Positions 35,550 through 47,325 of a DNA stretch of 51,906 nt are shown piece after piece; position 1 is the first letter of the stretch, and each line of letters starts with the position of its first letter. Source of the DNA: Octopus bimaculoides (taxonomy: Eukaryota); assembly GCF_001194135.2 (NCBI RefSeq), contig NC_068991.1, positions 887,021 through 938,926 on the forward strand, written 5' to 3'. The notes beneath the pieces were generated by a model. It had not been told where the DNA came from and did not search any database. It worked only from the letters and a program-made list of their open reading frames with translations. The position numbers and the translations under genes were made by a program.

Positions 35550-36190
35550 CTAGAGAAGAAATAGGAAAGTGTTAATACATCAGAGATTAGATGTTTCATC
35601 AATGGATTAGAAGGGATTTAATTAATGCCATCTGACAACTTAAGGGACAGAATTTGTGGCTCATAACAAGTCTACACTCAGAAGAAGCTTCAATATAACA
35701 ATGACCCTTCCATTGACCAATGTTTAGGATTGCTGTACAAAATGTGATTCCATGTGTGTGCGTGCATATTTAGTCATCATCATCATCATTTAACGTCTGT
35801 TTTTCCATGCTAGTATGGGTCGCAGTTTTACAGGTGCTGGGGAAACCGAAGAGCTGCACTCCTCACCATTCATTTACCGTATGAAGTACCCAACTATAAA
35901 TGGTACCTCATTATCTATTGGTAAGTCATCAGTATAAGGTACATGATGACATCTGTCGATTGTCAGTAGTTTAAAGCTGTCTTCCCATCAACATACATCA
36001 CCTGCAGGTTATTTGAGCTGTACCCACAATAGGGTACTTGATACCTGTCAATTGTTAATAATTAAAAATGTACCACCGAGACACAAGGTACATCAAATAA
36101 ATAGCTACAGATATTGAAAGCTGGACACATCAGTATGGTACATGACAGCTATGAATAGGTGGACCTGGGTTGGGTTAGAAGTTAACATAC

Positions 36191-36296
36191 CTGTGAGACA
36201 TGGACTGTCCATAATGGAATCAGCAAGCATGGACTGGCGACTTTTCTTACTGTCACTGACATTATGGTTACGGAGGGTGCCTGTCTTGAAGGCTTT
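36191..36296 (-). CDS. RIOX1: RIOX1 exon 3
   Basis: KAFKTGTLRNHNVSDSKKSRQSMLADSIMDSPCLT. gtgcAG/GTATGT, phase 0/1. Confidence 0.7.
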
Positions 36297-36344
36297 CTGC
36301 ACAATGAAAAATAAAACAGTATTTCAACAATGAACAACTGGGTT

Positions 36345-36545
36345 GTTAAAACAAAGGTTCCAAATTCTAGCACAAGGCCAGCAATTTCAGGGGCGAGAAG
36401 GTGTAAGTTGATTACATCGACCCCAGTACACAACTGGTACTTATTTTATCGACCCTGAAAAGATGAAGAGTAAAGTGACCTCTGTGGAATTTAAACTCAG
36501 AATGTGAAGACAGACAAAATGCTGTTAATGATTCTGCCAAGAGAC
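36345..36545 (-). mobile_element. SINE family B
   Basis: Reverse complement of the family B core and tail. Confidence 0.78.
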
Positions 36546-37126
36546 CACAATGGGTCATTAAAATAATGGCCTTCATTCACTGAATAATTGGTCACTCTGG
36601 TTCTAAAGACTTCTGACCAATTGACCAAAACTCATTCCCACACTCTGTTTCACAGATAAACTGTTTCCTCTTTCCATCTTTTCCCATAAACAAGCAAAAT
36701 CTTTCCACCTCTCTTCATCCATGCCCATCCAACAAAACAGACTCTCCAATTCTCATCACCCTCAGGGAGCAGACTTTACATTCTTCCCTTCACATGAACC
36801 ACAGTAATTAATGTCACCTATCAAGAAGACGTTAAGGAGTGGGGCAGACCCCCCACAAAGCTCTCTCCCCTCCGATCCTCTTATAAATGATCCAATGAGG
36901 GAATGCCTACACGGTCTCTCAACCCATTCGAAACAGCAACCGAATGTCCATTGAACCACATATTACCATCTTACAGGCAGAAAAACATACTGGCCTATGT
37001 AATCCTAGATACACTATGTTAGAAAATAGATAGGATGGCCATGGATGGAACGGCTCTGATCATAGCCCTCCCAGATCACGACTGATCTATGGCTAAACAA
37101 TCACAAAAATTTTCTTTAAATCCTAC

Positions 37127-37237
37127 CAAAAAGTTACTGTTTTTTTTCTTGTTGATGGCCATCAGGGATGGACCGATGTCACTGATGGACCTCTTCACAG
37201 CTGTTGTCTCCTCCCTTGGGTCCTCATTCTGGTCCTG
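37127..37237 (-). CDS. RIOX1: RIOX1 exon 2
   Basis: QDQNEDPREETTAVKRSISDIGPSLMAINKKKNSNFL. tttgCAGCAG acceptor, GTAGGA donor, phase 0/0. Low-conservation region. Confidence 0.6.
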
Positions 37238-37444
37238 CTGCAAAGAAATAATTTTGATTATATTAAATACACTTTATACACCCAGAAAAACTTTAGTATT
37301 TCAAGATAGTTTTATGTAATTTTGGTAAATATATCTGTTAAAGGATTATTTTCATTTCTACATAGTTTAGATGACAGTTTATACACTCCACCCAACGTAT
37401 GTATGTATGTAAGCATGTGTATATACATATATATTGATATATAT

Positions 37445-37635
37445 CATCATCATTCTCATAGAATGTCCGTTTTACCCTGCTGGCATGGGTTGGACGATTT
37501 GACTGAGGACTGGCAAGGCTGGAGAGCTGCACCAGGCTCCATTGTCTGTTCTGGCATAGTTTCTATAAGCCGGATGCCGTTCCTAATGCCAACCACTTTA
37601 CAGAGTGTATTGAGTGCTTTTCACATGGCACCAAC
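37445..37635 (-). mobile_element. RTE-tail repeat (family D)
   Basis: Same family. Confidence 0.75.
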
Positions 37636-38420
37636 ATCAATTCTGCAGAGGGGTGGATGGGTCTCCTTGAGGTACCAGGTGAAATAAAGTGTCCAGCTTG
37701 AGGATACCACTAGGAATCGAACCCATGGCCTAACAATTGAGAGTTGACTACCCTGACCACTAAGCCATGCACCTTTACTTGTCAGAAAGCAGTAAAGTGA
37801 AGGTGGGGGACAGAATTTGGATGACTGGAATCTTTCAGGTGACCATTGCTGAGACCTGGAGAGGCCAGAGGTGAGACGGTAGAGTGGTTAAGGTATTTGC
37901 ACTGTCACTGTCCATTCACACGAGACTGTGCCCCTCTCTTTTTCCCCCTCTTGCTGATATTGTCTAGCACTGACCAGTTATAGAAACTGATTACCTGTGG
38001 GATGAAGTTAAAATAATAGACAGAGAACATCACTGGAAAATACGAAAACTAAAAGAAGCGTCACATATGCTAGGACACAACAATCTCTTAAGCAGACCGA
38101 GTGCAGATATGAGTAGCATATGGGAACTGGTATTAAGGAAGGATAGGAGAATATTAGATTTATAAGCCCTAAAATTCACTCCATAATTGCTCATGGGCAT
38201 ATGGCATAGTGGTTAAGACTGCGGTTCGATTCCAGGTCAGTGACCTGAATAATAATAATAACATCGAAAAATATGTTAGGAATGAGAACCCAAGACACCT
38301 GATGAAGGCTGGAGGGTATATCAGCTGAACTGTTAACAACAAACAAGATGAGGACAAATATCCATCAAATGCAAATAATGTAAATAATTCCTCATCTCTT
38401 AAATATAGAACTATGATTAC

Positions 38421-38468
38421 CTTGTTTCTGAAAACAGACAAAGCCGACAATCTCTTGGATTTCATCAT
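38421..38468 (-). CDS. RIOX1: Ribosomal oxygenase 1 / NO66 JmjC hydroxylase, coding exon 1
   Basis: MMKSKRLSALSVFRNK then GTAATC donor, phase 0. Upstream acceptor ttccAG at 38491-38492 implies a 5' UTR exon. Confidence 0.7.
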
Positions 38469-38849
38469 TTGGAAAGGCTGACGATTCTTCCTGGAACAGA
38501 GACAAGACTATATATGGTCAGATGTTGTTTGAGGTCCAATTAGGACAGCTGTACCCTACATAAGAGATACAGAATACAACTTAAAACCCTTCAAAGAAGT
38601 TTATGAAACACAGGACAATATGACCAACAAGGAAATTCTATTGTGTGAGAAAAACGGACTGGAATTGAAAATATGGTAAGCAAAGTAGAGCTGAGATGAG
38701 TTGGGTAGAGTGTACAGAGGCCCCACAGCTACCTTAGGGTAGTTGTTGAACATGTGTAAACAAGTATCAGAAATACTAGGGTCCACATACTTTTCAGGCT
38801 TAGTTACTCCATTTCTGGAACCCTCTTTGTCTACAGGTATGCGGAAGGT

Positions 38850-39140
38850 GTAGGTGAGGATATGTGAGAGAACAGCAGTAAAACTACTGAAGCACGTGTG
38901 TGGAAAAGTGTCACACCCTAGCAGTTGAGGGAACCTGTGGAAGAGGTAGACCCAGGAAGACCTGGGATGAGGTGGTGAAGCACGACCTTTGAACGTTGGG
39001 CCTCACCGAGGCAATGACTTGCGACCGAGACCTTTGGAAATATGCTGTGCTTGAGAAGACCCAGCAAGCCAAGTGAGACCATAGCCTATGCCAGTGGGTG
39101 TAACCAGCCCACTTATGAATACCCCTCATTCATTGGACAA
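38850..39140 (+). mobile_element. RTE LINE ORF2 3' end and start of 3' UTR
   Basis: VEGTCGRGRPRKTWDEVVKHDL*TLGLTEAMTCDRDLWKYAVLEKT. Confidence 0.85.
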
Positions 39141-39306
39141 TAAACTTTGCTTGAGAAGGTGCCACGCAGTGGGACTGAACCTGGAACCAAGAGGTTGATA
39201 AACAAGCTACTTACCACAGAGCCACTCCTGTGCCTATATATGTGTATGTATGTTCTTGTGTGCTTGAATATACAATTACATATTTACATGGGTGTTGGTT
39301 TGCGTG

Positions 39307-39369
<63 letters not shown>

Positions 39370-39499
39370 GCCTACATACATGTAGGTTTGTAGATATTTA
39401 TGAGTATTTTAGTGTGTGTGGATGAGCCAATGTCAGGACATGTGTAATCCATTGTTGACTACGGAAGATAATGTGGAAACGTGTTGGAATCTACTTGTG

Positions 39500-39730
39500 A
39501 CTCATTTTCGTGAATAGATACCAAAAGTGGAATTTGCACCTGAAAATTTAAGACATACGTGAACCGGGAAGAAATGACAACAAAAAGAGTTAATTTAAAG
39601 AACATGTGAAACTGAAAATAAAGAAATATTGGTTCTGGGAGAAAATGACAAATTCTTGGAACAGTCTGTAGGAGTGGAGCAAACTTTAATGAAGGATTGT
39701 GAAAGAGTTGGACCAGTATTCAACCATTTA
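39500..39730 (+). mobile_element. Very decayed CR1/L2-like LINE 3' end
   Basis: FWEKMTNSWNSL...ELDQY resembles the F..RV.N.WN.LP...K..LD terminus. Confidence 0.45.
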
Positions 39731-40460
39731 GAAGTGAAAATACGTAGTTACCGTGACCACCAACAAAGACTAAATGAGGAATGATTGCTAATAGAAACCG
39801 AAGACTGGACAACTACCAGGTGTTGTGTGTGTGTTATTCTGTAAATTTAACTTTTACAATATTCATAAAAAAATTGCTATGCTTTATGAATTCGTCATAA
39901 AATAAAACGGAGTTTACTTAACCGGAAATAACACATTTAAGAACTGGTGTTATTTGAAATTCTTATAGCTGCAAAAATATTGTTTTAAGACATTTCTTTG
40001 TTTAAAATATTTACTGTTTTAGCTTTATTACTTATTAATTGCTATTATTAATTCATTTATAAAAATGTAAACACACATTATAGTGAGGGGTCGCTAAAAG
40101 TAAATACGACACAAATACTGACCTAATGATTTCACCATTTCGCCCCACCAAAAGAAAGATTTGTGGTTTTAAATTTGTGTTAGAAATTGTGATTATTGTT
40201 AACAACAAGTAGAAGAAATGCTAAGAATTTATAAAATATCCAACAAATTTCCGATTCACAGAAGAAAACAAAACAAACATGGCTTGAATGAAAGAAGGAA
40301 ACATACAGAAGTACTTTAAATGACTAATATACGAGATTAGGTGGGGAAATAAAGATTATAGAAGGAATAATAGGAATAATATTATATTATAATGTAGTAA
40401 AATGTCAGCGGGTTAATTCTGAACGTTCATTACAGTTAATTATGATTAAATAATGGTTTA

Positions 40461-40796
40461 AAAAAAAACAAATGGGGAAACTTACAAATGAAACAAAACA
40501 TCCACGTGAAGAAATTGACATGAAATAACGGTTTATTACCTCCCTTATTTACTACCTCGAAATAACGCGCGGAAATTTAATTACGAAACAAATTCAAAAT
40601 AAAGACCCCCCCCCCCAATTGTTTTGAATTCCAGCACAAAAGATTTCGGTCAAACTCCAGTGTTTGACCCGAGCAAAAACAAAAAAAAAACAAATGGGGA
40701 AACTTACAAATGAAACAAAACATCCACGTGAAGAAATTGACATGAAATAACGGTTTATTACCTCCCTTATTTACTACCTCGAAATAACGCGCGGAA
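40461..40796. repeat. Exact ~115-bp direct duplication (period 222) ending at a gap edge
   Basis: 40461-40575 equals 40683-40796. Confidence 0.9.
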
Positions 40797-41519
40797 NNNN
40801 NNNNNNNNNNNNNNNNNNNNNNNNNNNNNNNNNNNNNNNNNNNNNNNNNNNNNNNNNNNNNNNNNNNNNNNNNNNNNNNNNNNNNNNNNNNNNNNNNNNN
40901 NNNNNNNNNNNNNNNNNNNNNNNNNNNNNNNNNNNNNNNNNNNNNNNNNNNNNNNNNNNNNNNNNNNNNNNNNNNNNNNNNNNNNNNNNNNNNNNNNNNN
41001 NNNNNNNNNNNNNNNNNNNNNNNNNNNNNNNNNNNNNNNNNNNNNNNNNNNNNNNNNNNNNNNNNNNNNNNNNNNNNNNNNNNNNNNNNNNNNNNNNNNN
41101 NNNNNNNNNNNNNNNNNNNNNNNNNNNNNNNNNNNNNNNNNNNNNNNNNNNNNNNNNNNNNNNNNNNNNNNNNNNNNNNNNNNNNNNNNNNNNNNNNNNN
41201 NNNNNNNNNNNNNNNNNNNNNNNNNNNNNNNNNNNNNNNNNNNNNNNNNNNNNNNNNNNNNNNNNNNNNNNNNNNNNNNNNNNNNNNNNNNNNNNNNNNN
41301 NNNNNNNNNNNNNNNNNNNNNNNNNNNNNNNNNNNNNNNNNNNNNNNNNNNNNNNNNNNNNNNNNNNNNNNNNGTTGAAATCTGGTACTTATCCTGTCGT
41401 TGTCTTTTGTCCCCCTCAGAGCGGTGTGGGTTTGGTAACGTCTACTTAACATAGCGGTTATATATATATATTTCGGTGCGAATGGCTTTTTTTATATGTC
41501 TATGTGTGTGTGTGGGGGG

Positions 41520-41850
41520 GGTGTAATGGTTAGAGCGTCCGGCTCACGATCATGAGGTAGTGAGTTCGATTCCCAGACCAGGCAGTGTGTTGTGTTTTTG
41601 AGCAATCTACTTGATTTCACGTTACTCCAGTTCACTCAGCTGTAGGAATGAGTTGTGACGTTACTGGTGCCAAGCTGTATCGGCCCCTTTGCCTTTCCCT
41701 TGGAAAACATCAGAGGTGTTGAGAGAGGGGGTCTGACTTGCATGGGCGATTGCAGGTCTTCCACAAACAACCTTGTCCCTGGACTTGTGCCTCGGAGGGT
41801 AACTTTCTAGGCACAATCCCATGGTCATTCATGATCGAAGGGGCTCTTTT
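41520..41850 (+). mobile_element. SINE family C (tRNA-like head, ~330 bp)
   Basis: TAATGGTTAGAGCG..GAGTTCGATTCCC A/B boxes, CTCCAGTTCACTCAGCTG core; copies at 16120, 32680 and 50520. Confidence 0.82.
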
Positions 41851-41867
41851 TGACACACACACACACA

Positions 41868-43123
41868 TTGGGTCATCCCATAAATAATGCAGTTTTTTTT
41901 TATACTTCTTTATTTTTCAAAATTAACCTAAACAAAGATCTTTTTTAATCTAAAATATACCCACCTTCGTTTTCTACAATGTTCTTCCATCCGTTTGGTA
42001 GACTTGCAAGGCCCCTCTTCCAAAATTCATGATGAAAAATACTCCTCCACTACTGTTCTGACCTCGTCTACAGAATTCATATTTTTTCCGTCCAAATGAT
42101 TTTGAAGACTGCGGAATAAATGGTAATCAGATGGAGCAAATACCTGCGAATATGATGGGTGGGGCATCGTTTCTCATTCAAACTGCTCCAGCCTTGGAAG
42201 TGTCATCCTCACTGTATGTGGCTGAGCATTGAAACCATTCGTCCTGAAACCGAAGACGGTCATTTTCCTTCTAGCGCTGACTTAAGGCCGCTCAAGCTGC
42301 TCACAGTAGATCTCCTTTGTTATCACTTGGTTTGGATTCGAAAATTTAAAGTGGACTAAACCTTTTATATCCCACCAAACAGATAACAATACCTTACATG
42401 GGTGAAGACCTTCTTTAGCCTGGGGTGCCAGTGTTTCCCCTTTCTCTGCCCACTGTCTTCTGTGCTTGATATTTTTATAGAGAACCCATTTCTCGTCACC
42501 AGTCACTATTCAGTTCAAAAAAGGTTCATTCATGAGAAATGACAGCAAAGAAGAGAGCACACGTTCACTCTATGCGCATGACTAGAATCAGAAAGTTTGG
42601 GAGGAACCCATTGACCCAATTTACTGACTTTTCTGATGGCATGTAGGTGTCGATAAATGGTTGAACGACCAAATCAAAGCTTCTTTGCTAATTCCTCAAC
42701 AGCTACTTTGGGATTTTGTTCCACCAGAGTTTGCAGGACGTCCGCGTCGAGCTCTATAGATCTTCCAGAAGGAGGATCGTCTTCTAGGCTATACTTTCCA
42801 GCTCGGAATTTCTGGTACCATCGTTGACACTGGCTTACGCTTATAGTCCGATCTCCATATACTGCATTAATATTCCTCGCAGTTTCCGTTGCATTGTTGC
42901 CTTTATTGAACTCATAAAGCAAAATATGCCGAATATGCTCCTTTGTCACTTCCATTGAGGCTTTGAAAAAAAAGTGTTAAAATCGAACTTCACCCTTCAA
43001 AACTTGCACTAAGAATAAGTATAAGGTAAAATTACTAACAGCTTTTATAACAAGTTGATGCAGATAGTTTATCCCGTTCCCCTCCGACTTTTAGTTCATG
43101 CAATTGAAAAAAACCTGACCCAA
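41868..43123 (-). mobile_element. Mariner (Mos1/SETMAR-type) transposon, near full length, inactive
   Basis: HTH MEVTKEHIRHILLYEF..RWYQKFRAG, TGDEKWVLY, and YSQVFAPSDYHLFRSL, with stops and frameshifts. TTGGGTCA termini; TA at the right end. Confidence 0.93.
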
Positions 43124-43187
43124 TATGTATTCAGTAAATCATAACTCTGAGAGAGAAGCACATTCTAAATTATAGAGCAGTAGAATC

Positions 43188-43720
43188 ATCATCATCATCG
43201 TCGTCGACGTTTAACGCCCGCTTTCCATGCTGGCATGGGTTGGACGGTTTCACTGAGGACTGGCGAACCAGATGGCTGCACCAGGCTCCAATCTGATCTG
43301 GCAAAGTTTCTACAGCTGGATGCCCTTCCTAATGCCAACCACTCCGAGAGTGTAGTGGGTGCTTTTACGTGCCACCAGCACGAGGGCCAGTCAGGCAGTA
43401 CTGGCAACGACCGCTCTGAAAAGGTGTTTTTTACATTCCACCTGCACAAGAGCCAGTCCGGCGGCACTGGCAACGACCACGCTCGAGTGTTGCTTTTCAC
43501 GTGCTACTGGCACAAGTGCCACTCAGTGGCCCTGGCAACGATCACGCTGAATGGTGCTTTTAACGTGCCACTGGCACGAGTGCGAATCGGGCGGTACTGT
43601 CATCGGCCATGTCAGTGATTTTGATTTCACTTGCCTCAATAGGTTTTCGCAAGCATAGTTTATTGTCCAATGAATGAAGGGTACTCATAAGTGGACTGGT
43701 TATTCACCACTAGCATAGGC
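43188..43720 (-). mobile_element. RTE-type 3' UTR/tail copy with 4 internal ~65-bp repeats
   Basis: Same tail (GGAAGGGCATCCAGC...GTTAAAC-GATGATGA) and UTR as 33835-34200. Confidence 0.82.
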
Positions 43721-43984
43721 CATGGTCCGATATAGATATGGCCAGCCTATGAGGTTACCCTGGGCCAGCGTTATGTCCATAAAGCGCTTTACAGCGTTTC
43801 TTCAGACCCCAAAACCTGTTGACCTAGGACTTCTCTGAAGAAACGCTGTAAGGCCAAGTGCTTTATGGATTGAAACCAAGAGTAACTTCAGAAACTGGCC
43901 TTATCTATCTATCTATCTATCTATCTATCGATCTATCTTCAGTACGGTATTATGCCAAATCATTGCAGTCTTTTGTGAGTCTAA

Positions 43985-44300
43985 ATATCTTGAGATCAGA
44001 CTTCCCTATTTGGTCCCATGTCTTCTAGCTCCCTCTCTACCATAGGCTATATCTATTATGAGTGTCCTTCACTTCTTTATCCATCAGCTCTCCTCTATAC
44101 ATATCACTCGCCCATGCCATTGCAGTTTTCTCTCTTACACATTTACATCGGATTCCTTTCGTTCAACTCTTCTCGCATTTAACAAATATGCAGCTATGCA
44201 CCACTGTCCTTTCAGTATGAGTGAGAGTAAGGACACCGTTATCAATCCCTGTAAACTTCTTCCTCGATTCTTCTAAGCACCCTGCTAAGTCATCTGAATC
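43985..44300 (-). mobile_element. Decayed RTE LINE fragment
   Basis: RKLQWHGRV..WIKK..RG..KTWDQIGKSDLK across frameshifts. Confidence 0.65.
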
Positions 44301-46064
44301 AACACACACTTTTGATTCTCTGATCAAAGAACATGTCCAAACCCCTTTTTCCATTGCTATGTCTACTCAACATCTAATTTCTCTTCTTGCTTTTTGGTAT
44401 TATACTTTGTAGAACACTTGTTGACTTTTTTAAGACAGTTTCGAAACAGTCTTAGAAAGATTGTTACAAAATATCCTCTTTCACGTCTACTTTACTGCAA
44501 AACACCTGTCACGCAATGGTAATGACATAACGGAATGCAATTGTAACTGTATGATCTCTTGTAACTGCTCACTTCATGGAAAATACTTTACTAGTTCAGT
44601 CCTTTATTACACTGTGTCAAGTTGGAGTTGTGTGATGGTTTGCGCTTGACAAAGATTGTCCTTGCCTTTATGGCAAATGTAACGAAATAAAGATTGTACT
44701 TAAGTTAACAACAAGTACATTTAAGGTGAGATATTACTAATAGACATTCATTAGCCAACCCAAGGTATTTTTGATTGGCTTGAACTTTGGAAATATATTT
44801 AGGAATTGTACATTTTTATTTTTGTACCAGCTTACATTATGATGATAAGTGAAATAATCTGACTTATCTTTGCTTTAGCAAAAATAAAAAAAAGTTTTAA
44901 TATTATTACAGAGCTTAAATTCAAGAAATGATATTCTTTATAACTGTTTGCATAAAATGAAAGACTGGTGTGCCATAGAAACATTTTAAAGAGAAATTTC
45001 TGACATCATTATAATTTTTCCATTTTTTTTTCAGCTCTCTGTCTATCTTTCGCTCCCCTCTCTCTCTGTCTGTCTGTCTGTCTCTCTCGTGCTCTCTGTC
45101 AAGTTGCAAGTTGTTTATGATGTATACCTTAATGAATAGAGAGCGATCTGTAACCATGTTTTCAAAGTTAATATTTTTTTTCACTTCATTAATTTCTTCC
45201 TTTAACATTGTAGAATGTTTTCGTATTTTGAATGCTAATGATATTCTATGAATGACCTAAATTATTGCCATTTAATTGGATTATATTGCTATTTATTTTA
45301 TTTTTATCTTTTTTCTTTATCTTATTTTATCTTTGCATACTGCTGCAGCTATTTTGATTTCATTTCATCGTTACACAGGTGACCATTGATATGGTTCCTG
45401 TTTGTTTTTGTCGTCTCAAAATTCTTATTCTAGGTTTCCTCTTTCATTTCTTTCCAACACACTTTTCCTTCATATTGCTGTTGCTCATGCTTTGCTGTCC
45501 CTTGCTCCAACCATGACCCTCACATCTTTTACAAATCATATAGGACAACATTATGCAACATATCTTTTTCCTTCCTTATGATGAGGTGTGATTTAGGAGA
45601 AATTTGGTTAATTGCTCTTAGCACTTTATTTTTTAATTATGCAACTAACAGTTTCTGCCAGGTTTTAATTTCATGTTTTTCATTCCAAAGGATCTCAAAT
45701 TTAAACGTCTATGGCCTGTTCATCACATGCTGGAGGGAGTAGTCGTTACCATAAACCCTGGGCTTGATTGGTACATAATTTTGCTGACCTTAAAGGAATA
45801 AAGGCAAATTTGTCCTCTTGAACTTGAGCTGAAATGAGAGCATTTTTTTCTAACACTAATAATTCTGACAGTCCAAAGGCATAATAATAATAATAATAAT
45901 AATAATATCGACCCTGAAAGGATGAAAGGAAAAGTCGACTGTCAAGGTCAACTTTGCCTTTCATCTTTCTCTTAAAATTTCGGGCCTTTTGCCGAGAGTA
46001 GAAAATAATAATAATAATAATAATAATAACAAGTTTTTAGTACTGCAGTTTTTGAAGGCACATG

Positions 46065-46185
46065 GTACTTATTTTCTGATCCCTGACAAAAAGCAAAGTT
46101 GACCTCGGCAGGATCTGAACTCAGAACATAATGATGGATGAAACACAGTAAGCATTTTGTCTAATACGCTAACGATTCTGCCAAC
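46065..46185 (-). mobile_element. SINE family B
   Basis: Reverse complement of the family B head and core. Confidence 0.72.
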
Positions 46186-46269
46186 CCAGCAGTTAAAACT
46201 TTATATCCAGACATTGTTTCAATCCACTGTTTCAATCTCATCACTGCAGAATCAGCACTCTGGGGTCAA

Positions 46270-46600
46270 CTCTGTTTTCCATCTCATTAGATTAGTAGTT
46301 CCGGATCAATAAACTTTGATCTTGAACTCAACAGCAATTTTTTTCTTCTCATTATAACAGAATGAAACTTCTTACACGTCTTGTGATTTTCAACGAGTTT
46401 TAGCATCCATTCATTAGATGTTTTAAGATATTCAGTCAGTCCATTAGTGATGGTGTTGTAAGAGAGTTCAAATTGGATCAAGCCTCGATCTCCCTGCGCT
46501 CTGGGATGATAAAAATGATCTGCATCAGCCTTTGCAAGGTGCATCTTATTGCAAGTCAGCAGTTTGTGTATTTTCCTGTCAATTTTCTTTTGATTCATAC
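46270..46600 (-). mobile_element. R4/Dong-like (restriction-like endonuclease) LINE RT fragment
   Basis: IDRKIHKLLTCNKMHLAKADADHFYHPRAQGDRGLIQFE resembles LDRKTRKLLT..LHPKSDVDRLY.PR..GGRGL. Confidence 0.72.
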
Positions 46601-47264
46601 TTGACTCATTACTTTATTTTATTGACTCCAGGGCAGATGAAAGGTAAAGTTGATCTCAACTTGAACCGCAACTAAATCCTGCAAATCATTCTGTTCAATG
46701 CTGGAATGATTTTGACAACTGATGACAAATACAGACCTAGACCTTATTGAATGGAAGAGTGTGTGTGTGTGTGGGGGGGGACAATTGATTNNNNNNNNNN
46801 NNNNNNNNNNNNNNNNNNNNNNNNNNNNNNNNNNNNNNNNNNNNNNCCCCGCCCTGCCGATCAGCATTTACCATCTTTGTCCCTCTCTTAATAGTCTTGT
46901 GTTGGGAATAACCACAGGCTTTAAATCTGAATGCCTGAGTTAACCTCAGTATGATTTGAACTTAAAAACTTGAGGACATACAACGACATGCCAAGATACA
47001 TTTAGCCTGATGCTGTTTCCGTTTCTGCTGTTTACCATTCTTAATAAAACACCACATTTAGTCTGATGCTCAACTGATTCCACTATTTGCCATTCTGCAC
47101 ACAACATTAGTTGAAGAGCAAAGCATGTCAGTCAATTCTACCATCCTCAGTTAATGACTGGTACATTTTCTTTTTAAAGACCTTCAAAGTATGAGAAAGA
47201 GAGAACACTCACACTCAAAATAACAACAACAGCAACAACAAGTAGTAATAGTAACAATATTAAT

Positions 47265-47325
47265 AATGATAATAATAATAATAATAATAATAATAGTAAT
47301 AATGATAATAATAATAATAATAATT
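47265..47325. repeat. (AAT)n microsatellite
   Basis: Direct inspection. Many other (AT)n, (CA)n, (GAT)n and (GGT)n tracts occur throughout. Confidence 0.95.

Noticed and set aside
36690-36960. Possible LINE endonuclease remnant (IGDINY...)
   Set aside because: Only one short motif; not enough to call.
39765-39830. Possible second hammerhead/Penelope-type end
   Set aside because: Core reads CTAAATGAG and no stem II can be built; too degenerate.
41520-41590. tRNA-like sequences (also 32680, 38205, 50830)
   Set aside because: SINE heads with A/B boxes but no complete cloverleaf; not tRNA genes.
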